A stretch of 64,000 bases of DNA from Eledone cirrhosa (Eukaryota): NCBI GenBank assembly GCA_964016885.1, contig OZ024740.1:341744001-341808000 (forward strand), in the 5' to 3' direction. The notes beneath the pieces were generated by a model, which ran no database searches, had not been told where the DNA came from, and saw only the letters and a program-made list of their open reading frames with translations. This document shows positions 15,001-30,000 of the stretch, piece after piece (the stretch's first letter is position 1; every line of letters begins with the position of its first letter). A program made the translations under genes and the position numbers.

Positions 15001-18000
15001 TCTATCTTGCCTGTAGTACCCTTCCCCTATAACTTGGTTCTCTATCTTGCCTGTAGTACACTTCTCCTATAACTTAGTTCTCTATCTTGCCTGTAGTACC
15101 CTTCTCCTATAACTTGGTTCTCTATCTTGCCTGTAGTACCCTTCTCCTATAACTTGGTTCTCTATCTTGCCTGTAGTCCCCTTCTCCTATAACTTGGTTC
15201 TCTATCTTGCCTGTAGTACCCCTCTCCTATAACTTGGTTCTCTATCTTGCCTGTAGTACTCTTCTCCTATAACTCGGTTCTCTATTTTTTCTGTAGTCCC
15301 CTTCTCCTATAACTTGGTTCTCTATCTTGCCTGTAGTCCCCTTCTCCTATAACTTGGTTCTCTATCTTGCCTGTAGTACCCTTCTCCTATAACTTGGTTC
15401 TCTATCTTGCCTGTAGTCCCCTTCTCCTATAACTTCGTTCTCTATCTTGCTTGTAGTCCCCTTCTCCTATACCTTGGTTCTCTATCTTGCCTGTAGTACG
15501 CTTCTGCTATAACCTGGTTCTCTATCTTGCCTGTAGTACCCTTCTCCTATAACTAGGTTCTCTATCTTGCCTGTAGTCCCCTTCTCCTATAACTTGGTTC
15601 TCTATCTTGCCTGTAGTACCCTTCTCCTATAACTTGGTTCTCTATCTTGCCTGTAGTCCCCTTCTTCTATAACTTGGTTCTCTATCTTGCTTGTAGTACC
15701 CTTCTCCTATAACTTGGTTCCCTATCTTGCCTGTAGTACCCTTCTCCTATAAATTGGTTCTCTATCTTGCCTGTAGTGTCCTTCTCCTATAACTTGGTTC
15801 TCTATCTTGCCTGTAGTCCCCTTCTCCTATAACTTGGTTCTGTATTTTGTCTGTAGTCCCCTTCTCCTATAACTTGGTTCTCTATCTTGCCTGTAGTCCA
15901 CTTCTCCTATAACTTGGTTCTCTATCTTGCCTGTAGTCCCCTTCTCCTATAACTTGCTTCTGTATTTTGTCTGTAGTCCCCTTCTCCTATAACTTGCTTC
16001 TCTATCTTGCCTGTAGTACCCTTCTCCTATAACTTGGTTCTCTATCTTGCCTGTAATACCCTTCTCCTATAACTTGGTTCTGTATTTTGCCTGTAGTACC
16101 CTTCTCCTATAACTTGGTTCTCTATCTTGCCTGTAGTCCCCTTCTCCTATAACTTGGTTCTCTATCTTGCCTGTAGTACCATTCTCCTATAACTTGGTTC
16201 TCTATCTTGCCTGTAGTCCCCTTCTCCTATAACTTGGTTCTGTATTTTGCCTGTAGTCCCCTTCTCCTATAACTTCGTTCTCTATCTTGCCTGTAGTCCC
16301 TTTCTCCTATAACTTGGTTCTCTATCTTGCCTGTAGTCCCCTTCTCCTATAACTTGGTTCTCTATCTTGCCTGTAGTACCCTTCTCCTATAACTTGGTTC
16401 TCTATCTTGTCTGTAGTCCCCTTCTTCTATAACTTGGTTCTCTATCTTGCCTGTAGTGTCCTCCTCCTATAACTTGGTTCTCTATCTTGCCTGTAGTCCC
16501 CTTCTCCTATAACTTGGTTCTCTATCTCACCTGTAGTACCCTTCTCCTATAACTTGGTTCTCTATCTTGCCTGTAGTCCCCTTCTCCTATAACTTGGTTC
16601 TCTATCTTGCCTGTAGTCCCCTTCTCCTATAACTTGGTTCTCTATCTTGCCTGTTGTACCCTTCTCCTATAACTTGGTTCTCTATCTTGCCTGTAGTACC
16701 CTTCTCCTATAACTTGGTTCTGTATTTTGCCTGTAGTACCCTTCTCCTATAACTTGGTTCTCTATCTTGCCTGTAGTACTCTTCTCCTATAACTCGGTTC
16801 TCTATTTTTTCTGTAGTCCCCTTCTCCTATAACTTGGTTCTCTATCTTGCCTGTAGTCGCCTTCTCCTATAACTTGGTTCTCTATCTTGCCTGTAGTACC
16901 CTTCTCCTATAACTTGGTTCTCTATCTTGCCTGTAGTCCCCTTCTCCTATAACTTCGTTCGCTATCTTGCTTGTAGTCCCCTTCTCCTATACCTTGGTTC
17001 TCTATCTTGCCTGTAGTACGCTTCTGCTATAACCTGGTTCTCTATCTTGCCTGTAGTACCCTTCTCCTATAACTAGGTTCTCTATCTTGCCTGTAGTCCC
17101 CTTCTCCTATAACTTGGTTCTCTATCTTGCCTGTAGTACCCTTCTCCTATAACTTGGTTCTCTATCTTGCCTGTAGTCCCCTTCTTCTATAACTTGGTTC
17201 TCTATCTTGCTTGTAGTACCCTTCTCCTATAACTTGGTTCCCTATCTTGCCTGTAGTACCCTTCTCCTATAAATTGGTTCTCTATCTTGCCTGTAGTGTC
17301 CTTCTCCTATAACTTGGTTCTCTATCTTGCCTGTAGTCCCCTTCTCCTATAACTTGGTTCTGTATTTTGTCTGTAGTCCCCTTCTCCTATAACTTGGTTC
17401 TCTATCTTGCCTGTAGTCCACTTCTCCTATAACTTGGTTCTCTATCTTGCCTGTAGTCCCCTTCTCCTATAACTTGCTTCTTTATTTTGTCTGTAGTCCC
17501 CTTCTCCTATAACTTGCTTCTCTATCTTGCCTGTAGTACCCTTCTCCTATAACTTGGTTCTCTATCTTGCCTGTAATACCCTTCTCCTATAACTTGGTTC
17601 TGTATTTTGCCTGTAGTACCCTTCTCCTATAACTTGGTTCTCTATCTTGCCTGTAGTCCCCTTCTCCTATAACTTGGTTCTCTATCTTGCCTGTAGTACC
17701 ATTCTCCTATAACTTGGTTCTCTATCTTGCCTGTAGTCCCCTTCTCCTATAACTTGGTTCTGTATTTTGCCTGTAGTCCCCTTCTCCTATAACTTCGTTC
17801 TCTATCTTGCCTGTAGTCCCTTTCTCCTATAACTTGGTTCTCTATCTTGCCTGTAGTACCCTTCTCCTATAACTTGGTTCTCTATCTTTCCTGTAGTACC
17901 CTTCTCCTATAACTTGGTTCTCTATCTTGTCTGTAGTCCCCTTCTTCTATAACTTGGTTCTCTATCTTGCCTGTAGTGTCCTCCTCCTATAACTTGGTTC

Positions 18001-21000
18001 TCTATCTTGCCTGTAGTCCCCTTCTCCTATAACTTGGTTCTCTATCTCACCTGTAGTACCCTTCTCCTATAACTTGGTTCTCTATCTTGCCTGTAGTCCC
18101 CTTCTCCTATAACTTGGTTCTCTATCTTGCCTGTAGTCCCCTTCTCCTATAACTTGGTTCTCTATCTTGTCTGTTGTACCCTTCTCCTATAACTTGGTTC
18201 TCTATCTTGCCTGTAGTACCCTTCTCCTATAACTTGGTTCTGTATTTTGCCTGTAGTACCCTTCTCCTATAACTTGGTTCTCTATCTTGCCTGTAGTCCC
18301 CTTCTCCTATAACTTGGTTCTCTATCTTGCCTGTAGTCCCCTTCTCCTATAACTTGGTTCTCTATCTTGCCTGTAGTACCCTTCTCCTATAACTTGGTTC
18401 TCTATCTTGCCTGTAGACCCCTTATCCTATAACCTGGTTCTCTATCTTGCTTGTAGTCCCCTCCTCCTATAACTTGGTTCTCTATCTTGCCTGTAGTACC
18501 CTTCTCCTATAACTTGGTTCTGTATTTTGCCTGTAGTACCCTTCTCCTACAACTTGGTTCTCTATCTTGCCTGTAGTCGCCTTCTCCTATAACTTGGTTC
18601 TCTATCTTGCCCGTAGTCCCCTTCTCCTATAACTTGGTTCCCTATCTTGCCTGTAGTCCCCTTCTCCTATAACTTGGTTCTCTATCTTACCTGTAGTACC
18701 CTTCTCCTATAACTTGGTTCTGTATTTTGCCTGTAGTACCCTTCTCCTATAACTTGGTTCTCTATCTTGCCTGTAGTCCCCTTCTCCTATAACTTGGTTC
18801 TGTATTTTGCCTGTAGTCTCCTTCTCCTATAACTTGGTTCTCTATCTTGCCTGTAGTACCCTTCTCCTATAACTTGGTTCTCTATCTTGCTTGTAGTACC
18901 CTTCTCCTATAACTTGGTTATATATCTTGCCTGTAGTACCATTCTCCTATAACTTGGTTCTCTATCTTGCCTATAGTACCCCTCTCCTATAACTTGCTTC
19001 TCTATCTTTGCCTGTAGTCCCCTTCTCCTATAACTTGGTTCTCTATCTTGCCTGTATTACCCCTCTCCTATAACTTGGTTCTGTATTTTGCCTGTAGTCC
19101 CCTTCTCCTATAACTTCGTTCTCTATCTTGCCTGTAGTACCCTTCTCCTATAACTTGGTTCTCTATCTTGTCTGTAGTCCCCTTCTTCTATAACTTGGTT
19201 CTCTATCTTGCCTGTAGTGTCCTCCTCCTATAACTTGGTTCTCTATCTTGCCTGTAGTCCCCTTCTCCTATAACTTGGTTCTCTATCTCACCTGTAGTAC
19301 CCTTCTCCTATAACTTGGTTCTCTATCTTGCCTGTAGTCCCCTTCTCCTATAACTTGGTTCTCTATCTTGCCTGTAGTCACCTTCTCCTATAACTTGGTT
19401 CTCTATCTTGCCTGTTGTACCCTTCTCCTATAACTTGGTTCTCTATCTTGCCTGTAGTACCCTTCTCCTATAACTTGGTTCTGTATTTTGCCTGTAGTAC
19501 CCTTCTCCTATAACTTGGTTCTCTATCTTGCCTGTAGTCCCCTTCTCCTATAACTTGGTTCTCTATCTTGCCTGTAGTCCCCTTCTCCTATAACTTGGTT
19601 CTCTATCTTGCCTGTAGTACCCTTCTCCTATAACTTGGTTCTCTATCTTGCCTGTAGACCCCTTCTTCTATAACCTGGTTCTCTATCTTGCTTGTAGTCC
19701 CCTCCTCCTATAACTTGGTTCTCTATCTTGCCTGTAGTACCCTTCTCCTATAACTTGGTTCTCTATCTTGCCTGTAGTCCCCTTCTCCTACAACTTGGTT
19801 CTCTATCTTGCCTGTAGTCCCCTTCTCCTATAACTTGGTTCTCTATCTTGCCTGTAGTCCCCTTCTCCTATAACTTGGTTCCCTATCTTGCCTGTAGTCC
19901 CCTTCTCCTATAACTTGGTTCTCTATCTTACCTGTAGTACCCTTCTCCTATAACTTGGTTCTCAATCTTGCCTGTAGTCCCCTTCTCCTATAACTTGGTT
20001 CTCTATCTTGCCTGTAGTCCCCTTCTCCTATAACTTGGTTCTGTATTTTGCCTGTAGTCTCCTTCTCCTATAACTTGGTTCTCTATCTTGCCTGTAGTAC
20101 CCTTCTCCTATAACTTGGTTCTCTATCTTGCTTGTAGTACCCTTCCCTATAACTTGGTTATCTATCTTGCCTGTAGTACCATTCTCCTATAACTTGGTTC
20201 TCTATCTTGCCTATAGTACCCCTCTCCTATAACTTGCTTCTCTATCTTTGCCTGTAGTCCCCTTCTCCTATAACTTGGTTCTCTATCTTGCCTGTATTAC
20301 CCCTCTCCTATAACTTGGTTCTGTATTTTGCCTGTAGTCCCCTTCTCCTATAACTTCGTTCTCTATCTTGCCTGTAGTACCCTTCTCCTATAACTTGGTT
20401 CTCTATCTTGCCTGTAGTCCTCTTCTCCTATAACTTGGTTCTCTATCTTGCCTGTAGTACCCTTCTCCTATACCTTGGTTCTCTATCTTGCCTGTAGTAC
20501 GCTTCTGCTATAACCTGGTTCTCTATCTTGCCTGTAGTACCCTTCTCCTATAACTAGGTTCTCTATCTTGCCTGTAGTCCCCTTCTCCTATAACTTGGTT
20601 CTCTATCTTGCCTGTAGTACCCTTCTCCTATAACTTGGTTCTCTATCTTGCCTGTAGTCCCCTTCTTCTATAACTTGGTTCTCTATCTTGCTTGTAGTAC
20701 CCTTCTCCTATAACTTGGTTCCCTATCTTGCCTGTAGTACCCTTCTCCTATAAATTGGTTCTCTATCTTGCCTGTAGTGTCCTTCTCCTATAACTTGGTT
20801 CTCTATCTTGCCTGTAGTCCCCTTCTCCTATAACTTGGTTCTGTATTTTGTCTGTAGTCCCCTTCTCCTATAACTTGGTTCTCTATCTTGCCTGTAGTCC
20901 CCTTCTCCTATAACTTGGTTCTCTATCTTGCCTGTAGTCCCCTTCTCCTATAACTTGCTTCTGTATTTTGTCTGTAGTCCCCTTCTCCTATAACTTGCTT

Positions 21001-24000
21001 CTCTATCTTGCCTGTAGTACCCTTCTCCTATAACTTGGTTCTGTATTTTGCCTGTAGTACCCTTCTCCTATAACTTGGTTCTCTATCTTGCCTGTAGTCC
21101 CCTTCTCCTATAACTTGGTTCTCTATCTTGCCTGTAGTCCCCTTCTCCTATAACTTGGTTCTCTATCTTGCCTGTAGTACCCTTCTCCTATAACTTGGTT
21201 CTCTATCTTGCCTGTAGACCCCTTATCCTATAACCTGGTTCTCTATCTTGCTTGTAGTCCCCTCCTCCTATAACTTGGTTCTCTATCTTGCCTGTAGTAC
21301 CCTTCTCCTATAACTTGGTTCTGTATTTTGCCTGTAGTACCCTTCTCCTACAACTTGGTTCTCTATCTTGCCTGTAGTCGCCTTCTCCTATAACTTGGTT
21401 CTCTATCTTGCCCGTAGTCCCCTTCTCCTATAACTTGGTTCCCTATCTTGCCTGTAGTCCCCTTCTCCTATAACTTGGTTCTCTATCTTACCTGTAGTAC
21501 CCTTCTCCTATAACTTGGTTCTCTATCTTGCCTGTAGTCCCCTTCTCCTATAACTTGGTTCTCTATCTTGCCTGTAGTCCCCTTCTCCTATAACTTGGTT
21601 CTGTATTTTGCCTGTAGTCTCCTTCTCCTATAACTTGGTTCTCTATCTTGCCTGTAGTACCCTTCTCCTATAACTTGGTTCTCTATCTTGCTTGTAGTAC
21701 CCTTCTCCTATAACTTGGTTATATATCTTGCCTGTAGTACCATTCTCCTATAACTTGGTTCTCTATCTTGCCTATAGTACCCCTCTCCTATAACTTGCTT
21801 CTCTATCTTTGCCTGTAGTCCCCTTCTCCTATAACTTGGTTCTCTATCTTGCCTGTATTACCCCTCTCCTATAACTTGGTTCTGTATTTTGCCTGTAGTC
21901 CCCTTCTCCTATAACTTGGTTCTCTATCTTGCCTGTAGTACCCTTCTCCTATAACTTGGTTCTCTATCTTGCCTGTAGTCCCCTTCTTCTATAACTTCGT
22001 TCTCTATCTTGCCTGTAGTACCCTTCTCCTATAACTTGGTTCTCTATCTTGTCTGTAGTCCCCTTCTTCTATAACTTGGTTCTCTATCTTGCCTGTAGTG
22101 TCCTCCTCCTATAACTTGGTTCTCTATCTTGCCTGTAGTCCCCTTCTCCTATAACTTGGTTCTCTATCTCACCTGTAGTACCCTTCTCCTATAACTTGGT
22201 TCTCTATCTTGCCTGTAGTCCCCTTCTCCTATAACTTGGTTCTCTATCTTGCCTGTAGTCACCTTCTCCTATAACTTGGTTCTCTATCTTGCCTGTTGTA
22301 CCCTTCTCCTATAACTTGGTTCTCTATCTTGCCTGTAGTACCCTTCTCCTATAACTTGGTTCTGTATTTTGCCTGTAGTACCCTTCTCCTATAACTTGGT
22401 TCTCTATCTTGCCTGTAGTCCCCTTCTCCTATAACTTGGTTCTCTATCTTGCCTGTAGTCCCCTTCTCCTATAACTTGGTTCTCTATCTTGCCTGTAGTA
22501 CCCTTCTCCTATAACTTGGTTCTCTATCTTGCCTGTAGACCCCTTCTTCTATAACCTGGTTCTCTATCTTGCTTGTAGTCCCCTCCTCCTATAACTTGGT
22601 TCTCTATCTTGCCTGTAGTACCCTTCTCCTATAACTTGGTTCTCTATCTTGCCTGTAGTCCCCTTCTCCTACAACTTGGTTCTCTATCTTGCCTGTAGTC
22701 CCCTTCTCCTATAACTTGGTTCTCTATCTTGCCTGTAGTCCCCTTCTCCTATAACTTGGTTCCCTATCTTGCCTGTAGTCCCCTTCTCCTATAACTTGGT
22801 TCTCTATCTTACCTGTAGTACCCTTCTCCTATAACTTGGTTCTCTATCTTGCCTGTAGTCCCCTTCTCCTATAACTTGGTTCTCTATCTTGCCTGTAGTC
22901 CCCTTCTCCTATAACTTGGTTCTGTATTTTGCCTGTAGTCTCCTTCTCCTATAACTTGGTTCTCTATCTTGCCTGTAGTACCCTTCTCCTATAACTTGGT
23001 TCTCTATCTTGCTTGTAGTACCCTTCCCTATAACTAGGTTATCTATTTTGCCTGTAGTACCATTCTCCTATAACTTGGTTCTCTATCTTGCCTATAGTAC
23101 CCCTCTCCTATAACTTGCTTCTCTATCTTTGCCTGTAGTCCCCTTCTCCTATAACTTGGTTCTCTATCTTGCCTGTATTACCCCTCTCCTATAACTTGGT
23201 TCTGTATTTTGCCTGTAGTCCCCTTCTCCTATAACTTCGTTCTCTATCTTGCCTGTAGTACCCTTCTCCTATAACTTGGTTCTCTATCTTGCCTGTAGTC
23301 CTCTTCTCCTATAACTTGGTTCTCTATCTTGCCTGTAGTACCCTTCTCCTATACCTTGGTTCTCTATCTTGCCTGTAGTACGCTTCTGCTATAACCTGGT
23401 TCTCTATCTTGCCTGTAGTACCCTTCTCCTATAACTAGGTTCTCTATCTTGCCTGTAGTCCCCTTCTCCTATAACTTGGTTCTCTATCTTGCCTGTAGTA
23501 CCCTTCTCCTATAACTTGGTTCTCTATCTTGCCTGTAGTCCCCTTCTCCTATAACTTGGTTCTCTATCTTGCCTGTAGTCCCCTCCTCCTATAACTTGGT
23601 TCTCTATCTTGCCTGTAGTACCCTTCTCCTATAACTTGGTTCTGTATTTTGCCTGTAGTACCCTTCTCCTACAACTTGGTTCTCTATCTTGCCTGTAGTC
23701 GCCTTCTCCTATAACTTGGTTCTCTATCTTGCCCGTAGTCCCCTTCTCCTATAACTTGGTTCCCTATCTTGCCTGTAGTCCCCTTCTCCTATAACTTGGT
23801 TCTCTATCTTACCTGTAGTACCCTTCTCCTATAACTTGGTTCTCTATCTTGCCTGTAGTCCCCTTCTCCTATAACTTGGTTCTCTATCTTGCCTGTAGTC
23901 CCCTTCTCCTATAACTTGGTTCTGTATTTTGCCTGTAGTCTCCTTCTCCTATAACTTGGTTCTCTATCTTGCCTGTAGTACCCTTCTCCTATAACTTGGT

Positions 24001-27000
24001 TCTCTATCTTGCTTGTAGTACCCTTCTCCTATAACTTGGTTATATATCTTGCCTGTAGTACCATTCTCCTATAACTTGGTTCTCTATCTTGCCTATAGTA
24101 CCCCTCTCCTATAACTTGCTTCTCTATCTTTGCCTGTAGTCCCCTTCTCCTATAACTTGGTTCTCTATCTTGCCTGTATTACCCCTCTCCTATAACTTGG
24201 TTCTGTATTTTGCCTGTAGTCCCCTTCTCCTATAACTTCGTTCTCTATCTTGCCTGTAGTACCCTTCTCCTATAACTTGGTTCTCTATCTTGTCTGTAGT
24301 CCCCTTCTTCTATAACTTGGTTCTCTATCTTGCCTGTAGTGTCCTCCTCCTATAACTTGGTTCTCTATCTTGCCTGTAGTCCCCTTCTCCTATAACTTGG
24401 TTCTCTATCTCACCTGTAGTACCCTTCTCCTATAACTTGGTTCTCTATCTTGCCTGTAGTCCCCTTCTCCTATAACTTGGTTCTCTATCTTGCCTGTAGT
24501 CACCTTCTCCTATAACTTGGTTCTCTATCTTGCCTGTTGTACCCTTCTCCTATAACTTGGTTCTCTATCTTGCCTGTAGTACCCTTCTCCTATAACTTGG
24601 TTCTGTATTTTGCCTGTAGTACCCTTCTCCTATAACTTGGTTCTCTATCTTGCCTGTAGTCCCCTTCTCCTATAACTTGGTTCTCTATCTTGCCTGTAGT
24701 CCCCTTCTCCTATAACTTGGTTCTCTATCTTGCCTGTAGTACCCTTCTCCTATAACTTGGTTCTCTATCTTGCCTGTAGACCCCTTCTTCTATAACCTGG
24801 TTCTCTATCTTGCTTGTAGTCCCCTCCTCCTATAACTTGGTTCTCTATCTTGCCTGTAGTACCCTTCTCCTATAACTTGGTTCTCTATCTTGCCTGTAGT
24901 CCCCTTCTCCTACAACTTGGTTCTCTATCTTGCCTGTAGTCCCCTTCTCCTATAACTTGGTTCTCTATCTTGCCTGTAGTCCCCTTCTCCTATAACTTGG
25001 TTCCCTATCTTGCCTGTAGTCCCCTTCTCCTATAACTTGGTTCTCTATCTTACCTGTAGTACCCTTCTCCTATAACTTGGTTCTCTATCTTGCCTGTAGT
25101 CCCCTTCTCCTATAACTTGGTTCTCTATCTTGCCTGTAGTCCCCTTCTCCTATAACTTGGTTCTGTATTTTGCCTGTAGTCTCCTTCTCCTATAACTTGG
25201 TTCTCTATCTTGCCTGTAGTACCCTTCTCCTATAACTTGGTTCTCTATCTTGCTTGTAGTACCCTTCCCTATAACTTGGTTATCTATCTTGCCTGTAGTA
25301 CCATTCTCCTATAACTTGGTTCTCTATCTTGCCTATAGTACCCCTCTCCTATAACTTGCTTCTCTATCTTTGCCTGTAGTCCCCTTCTCCTATAACTTGG
25401 TTCTCTATCTTGCCTGTATTACCCCTCTCCTATAACTTGGTTCTGTATTTTGCCTGTAGTCCCCTTCTCCTATAACTTCGTTCTCTATCTTGCCTGTAGT
25501 ACCCTTCTCCTATAACTTGGTTCTCTATCTTGCCTGTAGTCCTCTTCTCCTATAACTTGGTTCTCTATCTTGCCTGTAGTACCCTTCTCCTATACCTTGG
25601 TTCTCTATCTTGCCTGTAGTACGCTTCTGCTATAACCTGGTTCTCTATCTTGCCTGTAGTACCCTTCTCCTATAACTAGGTTCTCTATCTTGCCTGTAGT
25701 CCCCTTCTCCTATAACTTGGTTCTCTATCTTGCCTGTAGTACCCTTCTCCTATAACTTGGTTCTCTATCTTGCCTGTAGTCCCCTTCTTCTATAACTTGG
25801 TTCTCTATCTTGCTTGTAGTACCCTTCTCCTATAACTTGGTTCCCTATCTTGCCTGTAGTACCCTTCTCCTATAAATTGGTTCTCTATCTTGCCTGTAGT
25901 GTCCTTCTCCTATAACTTGGTTCTCTATCTTGCCTGTAGTCCCCTTCTCCTATAACTTGGTTCTGTATTTTGTCTGTAGTCCCCTTCTCCTATAACTTGG
26001 TTCTCTATCTTGCCTGTAGTCCCCTTCTCCTATAACTTGGTTCTCTATCTTGCCTGTAGTCCCCTTCTCCTATAACTTGCTTCTGTATTTTGTCTGTAGT
26101 CCCCTTCTCCTATAACTTGCTTCTCTATCTTGCCTGTAGTACCCTTCTCCTATAACTTGGTTCTCTATCTTGCCTGTAATACCCTTCTCCTATAACTTGG
26201 TTCTGTATTTTGCCTGTAGTACCCTTCTCCTATAACTTGGTTCTCTATCTTGCCTGTACTCCCCTTCTCCTATAACTTGGTTCTCTATCTTGCCTGTAGT
26301 CCTCTTCTCCTATAACTTGGTTCTCTATCTTGCCTGTAGTACCATTCTCCTATAACTTGGTTCTCTATCTTGCCTGTAGTCCCCTTCTCCTATAACTTGG
26401 TTCTGTATTTTGCCTGTAGTCCCCTTCTCCTATAACTTCGTTCTCTATCTTGCCTGTCGTCCCTTTCTCCTATAACTTGGTTCTCTATCTTGCCTGTAGT
26501 CCCCTTCTCCTATAACTTGGTTCTCTATCTTGCCTGTAGTACCCTTCTCCTATAACTTGGTTCTCTATCTTGCCTGTAGTCCCCTTCTCCTATAACTTGG
26601 TTCTCTATCTTGCCTGTAGTACCCTTCTCCTATAACTTGGTTCTCTATCTTGTCTGTAGTCCCCTTCTTCTATAACTTGGTTCTCTATCTTGCCTGTAGT
26701 GTCCTCCTTCTATAACTTGGTTCTCTATCTTTCCTGTAGTCCCCTTCTCCTATAACTTGGTTCTCTATCTCACCTGTAGTACCCTTCTCCTATAACTTGG
26801 TTCTCTATCTTGCCTGTAGTCCCCTTCTCCTATAACTTGGTTCTCTATCTTGCCTGTAGTCCCCTTCTCCTATAACTTGGTTCTCTATCTTGCCTGTAGT
26901 ACCCTTCTCCTATAACTTGGTTCTCTATCTTGCCTGTAGTACCCTTCTCCTATAACTTGGTTCTGTATTTTGCCTGTAGTACCCTTCTCCTATAACTTGG

Positions 27001-30000
27001 TTCTCTATCTTGCCTGTAGTCCCCTTCTCCTATAACTTGGTTCTCTATCTTGCCTGTAGTCCCCTTCTCCTATAACTTGGTTCTCTATCTTGCCTGTAGT
27101 ACCCTTCTCCTATAACTTGGTTCTCTATCTTGCCTGTAGACCCCTTCTCCTATAACCTGGTTCTCTATCTTGCTTGTAGTCCCCTTCTCCTATAACTTGG
27201 TTCTCTATCTTGCCTGTAGTCCCCTTCTCCTATAACTTGCTTCTGTATTTTGTCTGTAGTCCCCTTCTCCTATAACTTGCTTCTCTATCTTGCCTGTAGT
27301 ACCCTTCTCCTATAACTTGGTTCTCTATCTTGCCTGTAATACCCTTCTCCTATAACTTGGTTCTGTATTTTGCCTGTAGTACCCTTCTCCTATAACTTGG
27401 TTCTCTATCTTGCCTGTACTCCCCTTCTCCTATAACTTGGTTCTCTATCTTGCCTGTAGTCCCCTTCTCCTATAACTTGGTTCTCTATCTTGCCTGTAGT
27501 ACCATTCTCCTATAACTTGGTTCTCTATCTTGCCTGTAGTCCCCTTCTCCTATAACTTGGTTCTGTATTTTGCCTGTAGTCCCCTTCTCCTATAACTTCG
27601 TTCTCTATCTTGCCTGTAGTCCCTTTCTCCTATAACTTGGTTCTCTATCTTGCCTGTAGTCCCCTTCTCCTATAACTTGGTTCTCTATCTTGCCTGTAGT
27701 ACCCTTCTCCTATAACTTGGTTCTCTATCTTGCCTGTAGTCCCCTTCTCCTATAACTTGGTTCTCTATCTTGCCTGTAGTACCCTTCTCCTATAACTTGG
27801 TTCTCTATCTTGTCTGTAGTCCCCTTCTTCTATAACTTGGTTCTCTATCTTGCCTGTAGTGTCCTCCTTCTATAACTTGGTTCTCTATCTTTCCTGTAGT
27901 CCCCTTCTCCTATAACTTGGTTCTCTATCTCACCTGTAGTACCCTTCTCCTATAACTTGGTTCTCTATCTTGCCTGTAGTCCCCTTCTCCTATAACTTGG
28001 TTCTCTATCTTTGCCTGTAGTCCCCTTCTCCTATAACTTGGTTCTCTATCTTGCCTGTAGTACCCTTCTCCTATAACTTGGTTCTCTATCTTGCCTGTAG
28101 TACCCTTCTCCTATAACTTGGTTCTGTATTTTGCCTGTAGTACCCTTCTCCTATAACTTGGTTCTCTATCTTGCCTGTAGTCCCCTTCTCCTATAACTTG
28201 GTTCTCTATCTTGCCTGTAGTCCCCTTCTCCTATAACTTGGTTCTCTATCTTGCCTGTAGTACCCTTCTCCTATAACTTGGTTCTCTATCTTGCCTGTAG
28301 ACCCCTTCTCCTATAACCTGGTTCTCTATCTTGCTTGTAGTCCCCTTCTCCTATAACTTGGTTCTCTATCTTGCCTGTAGTACCCTTCTCCTATAACTTG
28401 GTTCTGTATTTTGCCTGTAGTACCCTTCTCCTACAACTTGGTTCTCTATCTTGCCTGTAGTCCCCTTCTCCTATAACTTGGTTCTCTATCTTGCCTGTAG
28501 TCCCCTTCTCCTATAACTTGGTTCCCTATCTTGCCTGTAGTCCCCTTCTCCTATAACTTGGTTCTCTATCTTACCTGTAGTACCCTTCTCCTATAACTTG
28601 GTTCTCTATCTTGCCTGTAGTCCCCTTCTCCTATAACTTGGTTCTCTATCTTGCCTGTAGTCCCCTTCTCCTATAACTTGGTTCTGTATTTTACCTGTAG
28701 TCTCCTTCTCCTATAACTTGGTTCTCTATCTTGCCTGTAGTACCCTTCTCCTATAACATGGTTCTCTATCTTGCTTGTAGTACCCTTCTCCTATAACTTG
28801 GTTATCTATCTTGCCTGTATTACCCCTCTCCTATAACTTGGTTCTGTATTTTGCCTGTAGTCCCCTTCTCCTATAACTTCGTTCTCTATCTTGCCTATAG
28901 TACCCTTCTCCTATAACTTGGTTCTCTATCTTGTCTGTAGTCCCCTTCTTCTATAACTTGGTTCTCTATCTTGCCTGTAGTGTCCTCCTCCTATAACTTG
29001 GTTCTCTATCTTGCCTGTAGTCCCCTTCTCCTATAACTTGGTTCTCTATCTTACCTGTAGTACCCTTCTCCTATAACTTGGTTCTCTATCTTGCCTGTAG
29101 TCCCCTTCTCCTATAACTTGGTTCTGTATTTTGCCTGTAGTACCCTTCTCCTATAACTTGGTTCTCTATCTTGTCTGTAGTCCCCTTCTTCTATAACTTG
29201 GTTCTCTATCTTGCCTGTAGTGTCCTCCTCCTATAACTTGGTTCTCTATCTTGCCTGTAGTCCCCTTCTCCTATAACTTGGTTCTCTATCTTGCCTGTAG
29301 TACCCTTCTCCTATAACTTGGTTCTCTATCTTGCCTGTAGTACCCTTCTCCTATAACTTGGTTCTGTATTTTGCCTGTAGTACCCTTCTCCTATAACTTG
29401 GTTCTCTATCTTGCCTGTAGTCCCCTTCTCCTATTACTTGGTTCTCTATCTTGCCTGTAGTCCTCTTCTCCTATAACTTGGTTCTCTATCTTGCCTGTAG
29501 TACCCTTCTCCTATAACTTGGTTCTCTATCTTGCCAGTAGTACCCTTCTCCTATAACTTGGTTCTGTATTTTGTCTGTAGTACCCTTCTCCTATAACTTG
29601 GTTCTCTATCTTGCCTGTAGTCCCCTTCTCCTATAACTTGGTTCTCTATCTTGCCTGTAGTCCCCTTCTCCTATAACTTGGTTCTCTATCTTGCCTGTAG
29701 TCCCCTTCTCCTATAACTTGCTTCTCTATCTTGCCTGTAGTACTCTTCTCCTATAACTTGGTTCTCTATCTTGCCTGTAGTACCCTTCTCCTATAACTTG
29801 TTTCTGTATTTTGCCTGTAGTACCCTTCTCCTATAACTTGGTTCTCTATCTTGCCTGTAGTCCCCTTCTCCTATAACTTGGTTCTCTATCTTGCCTGTAG
29901 TCCTCTTCTCCTATAACTTGGTTCTCTATCTTGCCTGTAGTCCCCTTCTCCTATAACTTGCTTCTCTATCTTGCCTGTAGTACTCTTCTCCTATAACTTG